Shown piece after piece: positions 55,455 through 64,000 of a stretch of DNA of 64,000 bases (its first letter is position 1; each line of letters opens with the position of its first letter). The notes under the pieces were generated by a model. The model did no database searches. It was not told the origin of the DNA and saw only the letters and a program-made list of their open reading frames with translations. Made by a program: the position numbers and the translations under genes. The stretch comes from Eledone cirrhosa. Taxonomy: Eukaryota. The DNA is taken from NCBI GenBank assembly GCA_964016885.1, contig OZ024749.1:41416001-41480000 (forward strand), read 5' to 3'.

Positions 55455-55852
55455 GTAGATATTGATATTTGCTATATTTTCACCTCTTTTGGTCGTTTTC
55501 TTGTTGTTGTGTGTGTTGTGGCTGTGGTGGTTATGGTGTTAGTGGTTATCGTGTTGTTGTTGTTGTCGTTGATGGTAGTGGTGATGGTGTTGTGTTGTTG
55601 TTGGTGGTGGTTGTGGTGATGGTGTTTTGTTGTTGGAGGTTGTGGTGATGGTGTTTTGTTGGTGATGGTGATGTTATTGGTGGTGGTGGTGTTTTGTTGT
55701 TGGTTGAGTGGTTATGCTGTTGGTGTTGTTGTTCTTATTCCTCCTTTTTTCTTCGTCTTCTCTTCCTTCTCTTTATATCTCCTCTTCTTTGTTGTTCTTT
55801 CTCTTTTGTTTTATTCTCTCTCTATATATTTATCTATTTATATTTCCCCTAG

Positions 55853-57118
55853 GTTCTATCATTGCTCAATTGTGTGACACCTAACACTTCACTCAACCGA
55901 CATGACTTACAAAGCAAGCTGGAGACCCTGGAAGCCCTCGGATGTTCTCTGGACCAAGTCCAAGAATGTCCTGAGATTCTCCAGCTCCCACAAGTGGAGA
56001 TCACACAGAGAGCTCACCACTTACAGTCAAATGGTTACTGCAAGATCAATGTGCAGATGTTGAAACTCGTTCATTCTACAGCATCAAACTCTCACTTGAA
56101 GAGACTACAACCAGTTCTGACTTCCTTGCAGAGTTACTCCACCATCACGGAATACATGACCGACATTCTGAAATGCAATCAAATGGAATTCCATGAAATT
56201 GTGAGCAAGGTCCCAATACTGAAGAAACTGAGAAATATGCCGGCATTTACGGAGAAGGTGAAATTCCTTCAGAGTTACAATATAAAAGCTGAGCATTTCA
56301 TAAAGTATCCAAACCTGCTTTGTTACAGCCTTGATACCTTAAGGCGTCGCATTGAAAAACTGAAAGAATACCTTAATGGAAATGAGCTCCCGATTGCCTC
56401 CCTTTCCATCTCAGAGAAACAGTTTAAGAGATTCCTAGAAAAGTACAACATCGAACAGAAGGTCCTTAACGGAAGCACTGACCGGTACGAGTTCATTGCG
56501 AAAATATTTGACATCCCTGTTTCGGTTGCGAAAAAAATGTCCTACTTAGAGAACAGGCGTCTCACAACGTTGAAACCGAGAGTTGACTTCCTCTTATCAG
56601 TTGGAATTCCTATGGAACAGCTTCGAAGCCACACCTATATTATACGTCATAAGACAGACACTTTGAAGAGAGCCTACGCCAAGGCACAAGAAGCAGGTAT
56701 TGAGAAAATTTGTCTTTTACACATCATACACATAATTTCATGCAAGAACGTTCCCATGAAGGTACCCACACCAAAATCAACGGTGTTTCTTCCAAAATTA
56801 ATTGGCATTGAGACAAAAGCCCTGCAAAAGAAATTTCGCCACGTTATTCCTCTTGTCCAAACAGACCGTATAACATTAACTACCAACTTTGAATATCTAT
56901 CTAGTCTCGGTATTTCTAAAGAAGACATATGTAGTTGCCCATTAATCTTATCTCATTGTCCGAAACATCTCAAAACTATTGTTGAGTCGTTAAATGACAG
57001 ACCAGAACTACAAGACTCATTAGATCTGTTATCAAATGGAGCCAAATTCATTAATTTGGTGCAGTATGTGATTGAAAAAGAAGAAAACTTCCGTTGTTTA
57101 TACCAGGAAGTGGTCTGA
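55853..57118 (+). CDS. mTERF-family (mitochondrial transcription termination factor, mTerf5-like) protein, main exon; 491 aa in total
   Basis: Acceptor TTTCCCCTAG|GTT is in frame with the 418-aa ORF. Repeated mTERF-like motifs: LEALGCSLDQVQECPEILQL, VKFLQSYNIKAEHFIKYPNLLCYSLDTLRRRI, LKPRVDFLLSVGI, FEYLSSLGISKEDICSCPLILSH. Subfamily assignment is from recalled similarity only. Confidence 0.85.
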   Translation, partial: VLSLLNCVTPNTSLNRHDLQSKLETLEALGCSLDQVQECPEILQLPQVEITQRAHHLQSNGYCKINVQMLKLVHSTASNSHLKRLQPVLTSLQSYSTITEYMTDILKCNQMEFHEIVSKVPILKKLRNMPAFTEKVKFLQSYNIKAEHFIKYPNLLCYSLDTLRRRIEKLKEYLNGNELPIASLSISEKQFKRFLEKYNIEQKVLNGSTDRYEFIAKIFDIPVSVAKKMSYLENRRLTTLKPRVDFLLSVGIPMEQLRSHTYIIRHKTDTLKRAYAKAQEAGIEKICLLHIIHIISCKNVPMKVPTPKSTVFLPKLIGIETKALQKKFRHVIPLVQTDRITLTTNFEYLSSLGISKEDICSCPLILSHCPKHLKTIVESLNDRPELQDSLDLLSNGAKFINLVQYVIEKEENFRCLYQEVV

Positions 57119-57144
57119 TGGTTCGAAAACTGATCTACTTTTGT

Positions 57145-57150
57145 AATAAA
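57145..57150 (+). terminator. Candidate AATAAA polyadenylation signal of the mTERF gene
   Basis: AATAAA 27 nt after the TGA, followed by a T-rich tract. Confidence 0.45.
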
Positions 57151-57601
57151 CAGAGTTTTTTTTATACTGTAAAAGTAAAAATAACTTTCTTTCAATTTTT
57201 CTCTTGTGTGAGGAGTGCCGTGGTTTAAGAAATTGAGACATAGGTGATGAACATGGAGCAACAGAGAAGGCTGGAAAGAATGGAAGGGAAAGGTGTATGC
57301 TACATGTGTGAGAGGTAACTTGATTTATGGGAGTGAGACATAGGTAATGAACATGAAGTAATAGAGGGGGTTGATGGTAGTAATGATGGTATTGATGGTA
57401 GTAATGGTGATGACGGTGGTGGTGGTGTTGATTGTGATGATGATGATGATGATGATGATATTTCCGTGTATAGTCTTCTGCCTTCTGTTTCCAACTAATG
57501 TCTGCTTCACTAAACATTCTCACTGATACCAAACTACAGATTGTTTCTAGTGTAGTTTGTTATCAAAACCATCTTGTTAACATACCATCATCTACCATAC
57601 C

Positions 57602-57674
<73 letters not shown>

Positions 57675-57903
57675 ACAGGATTAATATCAAACTCTACTAA
57701 ATCCAAGCTAATATTTATGGTGTCATTTAGCTTCTTCTTTGACTAACATAATTAAATTTTAACAACACTAACATAGTGTGATTCACAATAAAAGCCTATA
57801 AAGCACCAGTAACATACGGGGGTTGATTTAATTGACTTTCCTCACTCCCCAATTGCTGGCCTTGTGCCTAAATCACAAACCATTATATGTGTGTGTGTGT
57901 GTG

Positions 57904-57939
<36 letters not shown>

Positions 57940-58289
57940 TGTGTGTGTCTGTGCATATATATATGTGTGCGTTTGCGTGTATGTGCATGTGTGTGTGTAT
58001 GTGCATGTGTGTGTGTATGACTATCTTTCTGCCTAAGTATACATGTATGTTTGTTAGTATATTTGATTGGTGTGTGTACACGAGCGTCATGTATGTCTGT
58101 CTGTGTGTCAGCTACTCAGGGATAGTAAAAGGTAAGAACCAAGTTTTAATAAAGTAACATTTATCATTGTTTTACTACCACCACCACCACCACCACCTTT
58201 TCTACACCCCCGCCCCCCTCTCTCACTACACACTCTCTCTATCGAATGTAGGTGAGAGGAGTAAGTGTAGAAGGGAGGTGTATTGTTGG

Positions 58290-59475
58290 TGGTGGTGGTG
58301 TGATGGTGATGGTAATGGAGGTGTGATAGTGGGTTGTGTTGGAGGTGTGATGGTGATGGTGGTGGTGGTGGTGGTTTTGTGGGTGGTGGTGTGATGGTGT
58401 AGGTGTGATAGTGGGTTGTGTTGGAGGTGTGATGGTGGTAGTGGTGGTGGTGGTGGAGGTGTGATAGTGGGTTGTGTTGGAGGTGGTGGTGGTGGTGGTG
58501 GAGGTGTGATAGTGGGTTGTGTTGGAGGTGTGATGGTGATGGTGGTGGTGTGATAGTGGGTTGTGTTGGAGGTGTGATGGTGGTGATGGTGGAGGTGGTG
58601 GTGGTGGTGGTGGTGTGTTGGATGTGTTGCTATTCTTACTCATGTGTTATCTATCCATCCTCTCAGAGGTGATGGTGCTTGTGTACAGGTGTGGTGGTGG
58701 TACTAACTGATGAGGGCTGGTGATGGTGGAGGGGAGGCTTATAGGTGTTTTGGTGGTGGGGTAGGAACTGGTGGGAGTCAGGCTAAAATGGTGGTGGTGG
58801 TGGGGTAATAATGATGAGCAAGTAATTGTGGTGATGGTGGTGGTGGTGGTGGTAGATACCTCCTCCTTCCCTGCCACGTATTGTGTGTTGGTGGTGGTGG
58901 TGGCTGGTGTGAGGGTGCTGTTGTGTTGAAGATGTAGATGTATTGGTAGAGATGATGTGATGTTAATGGTGGTGCTGTCCATGGGGGATATGTTGTTGGT
59001 GGTGGTGGGGGCTGTTATATGTGATGGTGGTGGTGATGGGGGAGCTATTGTATATGATGTGGTGGTGGTGGAGGCTATTATATGTGATGGTGGTGGTGGA
59101 GGCTATTATATATGATGGTGGTGGTGGAGGCTATTATATATGATGGTGGTGGTGGTGGGTGGGGTGCTATTATATATGATGTGGTAGTGGTGGTGGAGGC
59201 TATTGTATGTGATTGGTGGTGGTGGGGCCATTGTAGGTGATGTGATGGTGGTGGGGGCCAGTGTAGGTGATGTGGTGATGGTGGTGGTGGGGCCATTGTA
59301 GGTGATGTGGTGGTGCTGGTGGTGGGGCCATTGTAGGTGATATGGTGGTGCTGGTGGAGGGTCTATTATAAGTGATGTGGTGGTGGTGGTGGGGCTATTA
59401 TATGTGATGTGGTGGTGGTGGGGCTATTATATGTGATGGTGGTGGTAGGGCTATCATAGGTGATGTAGTGGTGGT
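58290..59475. repeat. TGG-rich minisatellite cluster
   Basis: ggaggtgtgatagtgggttgtgtt units, then ggctattatatgtgatg(tgg)n units. Confidence 0.85.
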
Positions 59476-60231
59476 GGTGGCGGTGGTGATGTTAGGGTAA
59501 CTGTTTAGTCAGTAATGGTGGTAGTGCTGGGTTGTTGTTTTTTAGCCCCAAGTGAGCCTTGATCAAGCAGGCTTTTGATCAAAGGCATTCCAGCTGTTCT
59601 TTTTTAGGATGGCAGGGTGTGAATTGAGGGAGATTTAGTCACTATTTCTGTCAGGGTAATCCATCACAAAGTCTCTGTGTTTTAACATGATGGTGGGTTA
59701 GTGTGGGTGGTGCTATTGTAGGGTCTGGGGCTGTTGTAGGGGTACTCAGTAGGTTATGGATACAGGGGTTACAGATAACACACATTATATTTATATATAT
59801 ATAGGGCGGTGGATTGGCAGTATCGGTAGAGTTATGGCCCTTTGCGTTCTGAGTTCAAATCCCGTCAAGGTTAACGTTGCCTTTCATCCTTATGGGATCG
59901 ATACAATAAAGCACCAGTAATACACTGGGGATAATTGCTGGACTTATGCCAAAAGTAGAAACAATTATATTTATATATGTGTGTGTGGAGGCATATGGCA
60001 TAGTGGTTAGGGTGTTTAGCTAATGATTGTAAGTTCAATGGCCCCACCACCACCACATCACCTACAATGGCCCCCACCACCATCACCATCACATACAATA
60101 GCCTCCACCACCACTACCACATCATATATATTTGTGTGTATGTATGTAAAAGGTAAACAGAAATAACAACACATCGGTAAAGTATATGGAAGGAATATAT
60201 TAGTTTAACGCTTCAAATGGCAGGAAGAGGG

Positions 60232-60267
60232 TCTTAACGTTTCGGATGCTAGTCCTTCATCAGAAGA
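60232..60267 (-). ncRNA. Minimal type-I hammerhead ribozyme motif (Penelope-type)
   Basis: Minus strand UCUU-CUGAUGA-A-GGA(CUAGCA)UCC-GAA-ACGU-U-AAGA: stem I 4 bp, stem II 3 bp, palindromic ACGU in place of stem III. Confidence 0.75.
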
Positions 60268-60415
60268 AAGAATGAGAAATTTGAAAGATTGAAGGGATGG
60301 GTGGGGTGGAATTGGAAAAAATGATGTTTTTAGAGAAAAATAATATATATATATATCATCATCATCATCATCATCATCATTTTACGTCCGCTTTTCCCTG
60401 CTTGCAAGGGTGGGA

Positions 60416-60453
<38 letters not shown>

Positions 60454-60974
60454 GTATTGACTTGGTGGGTGTGGAAGGGAGCAGATGTGTAGGGAGAAGG
60501 GTTGGAGGGAGTGAAGGAAAGACTGGAAGGTTATTTACCCAGGGGCAAGGATGTGTACATGTGTGTTTCAATCATGCTCCCCATCCTAGCAAAGCCCATA
60601 CCCTCTCCATCCACCCGTGTCTGTTTGCCAACATGTAGAGCTGTTCTCTCATGTAACACTGTACAGTGATAACCTAGGGTGAAATCTATCTGAGACAATA
60701 CCTGTGGGGGTGGCAGGCTGGGTAAGACTGTTCATTCAGAAGTTATTAATCACTTTACAATCTCAGTCTCTACTGCTGCTGTTGGTGATGGTGGTGCTGC
60801 TACTGTTGGTGTTGCAGCTGGTGATGGTGGTGGTGGTGGTGGTGGTGGTGGTGGTGGTGCTGTTGTTGCTGGTGCTGCCACCCCCACACCCAACACAGCA
60901 CACCTATCCTGGATGATAAAATATGAAGCTGCATATATACTGTATATACATAAACCCACATACCCAAGCTTATG

Positions 60975-61006
<32 letters not shown>

Positions 61007-61039
61007 TACTGTATATACATAAACCCACATACCCAAGCT

Positions 61040-61071
<32 letters not shown>

Positions 61072-61104
61072 TACTGTGTATACATAAACCCACATACCCA
61101 AGCT

Positions 61105-61152
<48 letters not shown>

Positions 61153-61684
61153 TATACATATACACACACACAACCCACCAGGTATATGTACTTACACGCA
61201 AACATATATAAATGTATAAACACACACATACGCCTACACTCATACACGCATGCACACACACGTACTCAGATAAAAGTATAAAGTTCCGAGACATTCAATA
61301 TGTTAGAACACTCAACATTTCATTCACAACTTCCTGACCTTGACTTCCTCCCCCTCTTCACTAACCCATTCCTCCTCCTCCCCCTCCCCTCCTCCTACAT
61401 CAACCTTTTCGGTGAAATTTCAAGATGAAGAACATAGACAACTCTGTTTTACAATATAACTGTCTTTCTGTATTTCTATCTTCCTAATAGTCTATCTGTT
61501 TGTCCTGTCTAAGTATCTATCTGTCTCTTTGTGTATCTACCTATCTACCTATATATCTATCTATCTGTCTATCTGCCTACCTACCTACCTATCTATTTGC
61601 CTGACTGTGTTTGTATGTGTGTATCATGTGTGTATCATGTGTGTATCTGTCTGTCTGTCTGTATGTATGTCTATCTCCCTGTAT

Positions 61685-61975
61685 CTTATCTAACACTGCC
61701 CCATGAGATGATGCTGGTGGGCTCTCCCTTGTTTCATCTCTGTAATTCCAAATGTGTTTTGAAAGTGTGGTGTTATCCAAGTGGAAATTCCAGAAGCAGA
61801 GCAACACTAGGAAACAACAGCAGCAGCACCACCACCACCACAACAACAACAACAACAATATATACAGGCCACTCATAAAGAAGTGCTCTGTAAATCCTCT
61901 CTTGATACGCTGCTGGTACAGGCCAATCCTAATGGGGGTGCCCTGTACACCCTTCCAGTTGGTGTGTTGCTGTTA
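61685..61975 (-). mobile_element. Decayed Penelope-like element GIY-YIG endonuclease fragment
   Basis: Minus-strand NTTLSKHIWNYRDE, and upstream VYRA...IGL..RIK.GF.EH, resemble the PLE endonuclease C-terminal region. Confidence 0.45.
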
Positions 61976-62929
61976 AACACATCAGGAACCTAACACGATT
62001 CCTTTTCCTGGCATTTCAACATTTAGGGTGCAAAGTTCTGGGAATGTTTAGCATCACATGATTCAATATATCATCTTTTAATTTATTTATCATACATCAA
62101 GGTTAACTTTGCCTTTCATCCTTACGGGTTCGATAAAATAAAGTTCCAGTAATGCACTGGAATAATTGCTGGCCTTGTGCCAAAAGTAGAAACAATTCAT
62201 ATGTCCACACTGAGTAATATGTAAATAAGACCGTTATTGCTTCAACCTGTCCACAAGCATTCATTTCTGTTCAAACCAGCCACTGTTAATCAAACAACAG
62301 GAACACTCATCATTGAAACTATTGCTCCATTTCTACATCTTTCCGTTCCTCAGTATCCATTCTCATTTGTGAGGATGTTACACAAATACCATTTTCTGCA
62401 GAACAATAGAACTTTCTAGAACACCTTTCATGTCCTTTGTTCTTTATTAAAGTTGTTTAATTTAAATGTTAGCTGCATGTCAGGTTTTGTGTCTGTCACA
62501 CACATATTTGACCTCTGGGTCAAAAGGTCAGTACTTGGAAACTTACTCTCTCAGGTTTCATTTGTTCTCCATTCAGACAGGTTTCATTTGTTCTCCATTA
62601 AAACCAATTAATCATCTTTGATTCCTTGATTGGTTTGTGGCCATACTGGAACATCATCTTCAGGTACTTTAGTCAATTAATTCAAATCAATAATAATAAT
62701 TGTTTCTACTTTTGGCACAAGGCCAGCAATTTGAAGGAAAGGGGTAAGTTGATTATATCAACCCAGTGTTGTCTAAAATGTAGAATATAGTGTAACATTG
62801 TGTAGACAAAAACTGCTTGGAAGCCTTCTGAATGGACTGTACCAGCATTGAACTGCCCTTCAAATTCTTAGGTTTATATGTAAGGTAACAATCCACCATT
62901 TTTGTTATAATTATAATTTTAACATTTAA

Positions 62930-63137
62930 CCCTTTAGCATTTAAACTGGCCTTATCCGGCCTGAATTCTCTCACCGCTTTCTGTTTAAACCAGCTGTAAC
63001 TGGCCACTCATACTGATGTTAAGGTATTGTTCTCAAAATAAATAATATCAAAATCTCATAGATTCGATATTATGTGAGGTAAAGGCTTTACCCTGAAAAT
63101 ATAATAGTAAATATAGAGTAATGTAAATGCTAAAGGG
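62930..63137. mobile_element. piggyBac-type MITE, same family
   Basis: TTAA|CCCTTTAGCATTTA...TAAATGCTAAAGGG|TTAA. A partial third copy lies at ~47092-47255. Confidence 0.88.
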
Positions 63138-64000
63138 TTAAAGTCCCATATGAAATACTGTAGTCTTCTAACAAACCACACTACATTAGATTTTCATGGG
63201 GATTGGGGTGACTTATATATGAACATATAAGGTGGTTAATAATCTGTTCTATTGATTGATTGGTTAAATATTAATACTAACAAATAATTGTTTCTACGTT
63301 TGGCACAAAGCCAGCAATTACCCAGTGTATTACTGGTACTTTATTTTATTGACTCCTGCATGTGTGTATGTGTGCTGTTTAGATGGCATAGTGGGTGTGG
63401 TGTGTTGTGTGTAATAGGGGGGATGGTGATGTGGGGTGTTGGCAGGGCATAGTGGTGTGGAATGGGGATTGTATTTAAGGTGCATAGCAGGGAGGGGTAG
63501 TATGTGTGTCCAGAGCAGAGCAGAATGGGTTTATTGAGTAGCAGGGTGTATGCTGTGTTGAATGTGCAGGGCCTAATGAGAGGGAAGGTGGAGTGGGGTG
63601 GTGGGGTGGTACAGATACATATTAATTCATTCACAACTAGCCACCAGTGTGTCATGAATGATGGCTAGACCCCCCTCCCTCCCTCCCTCCCTCCCTTCCT
63701 ATCCACACTACTCTCTGACAACTGACTTTCAATGTATGACTTGATGATCTGGTGGTGGTGGTGGTGGTGTATGTGATGAGGACACTGGGATGAGTGGGGC
63801 AAGGTACCAGATATAAATTGTCAAGCTGACTGGCCCTTCACACAGCTGGTCATTAGTCATGTCCTTTGAGGTGGTAGTGGTGGTGGCTGCAATGATGGTG
63901 GTGGTGGTGGCTACAGTGGCTGTGATGGTAGTGGTGGTGGTGTCAATAGTAGTAGTGGTGGCTGCAATGGTGATGGTGGTGGTGGTGGCTACAGTGGCTG

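Noticed and set aside
55455-55619. Hydrophobic C-terminal continuation of ORF 55245..55619
   Set aside because: Read-through into a GTT/GGT-rich intron. The donor at 55455 joins in frame to 55853.

Overview
Eukaryotic genomic DNA, most likely an octopus (inferred from the dense (TA)n/(CA)n/(CAT)n/(CCA)n microsatellites and recurrent tRNA-derived SINEs, not from a search). Two protein-coding genes are well supported. One is a complete two-exon beta-tubulin on the minus strand (23652..23131 + 22516..21704, 444 aa) inside a ~5.5 kb island with no long microsatellites and retained CpG. The other is a 491-aa mTERF-family gene on the plus strand (55245..55454 + 55853..57118). The rest is transposon debris (RTE, CR1/L2-like, Tx1-like and Penelope-like retroelement ends, SINEs, hAT/mariner/pogo/piggyBac MITEs and transposase relics) and minisatellites. 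Most ORFs in the supplied track are repeat artefacts. The most notable unannotated signal is a set of minimal type-I hammerhead ribozyme motifs: two look intact (14261-14303 and 60232-60267, both minus) and several are decayed. They belong to different sequence families and sit in short non-coding inserts between (TA)n tracts. Other notable items are a twin-primed RTE insertion, a nested palindrome carrying half a hammerhead, a 146-bp higher-order minisatellite, and a tandem array derived from a LINE ORF2 C-terminus. All calls are by eye; no database search or folding program was run.
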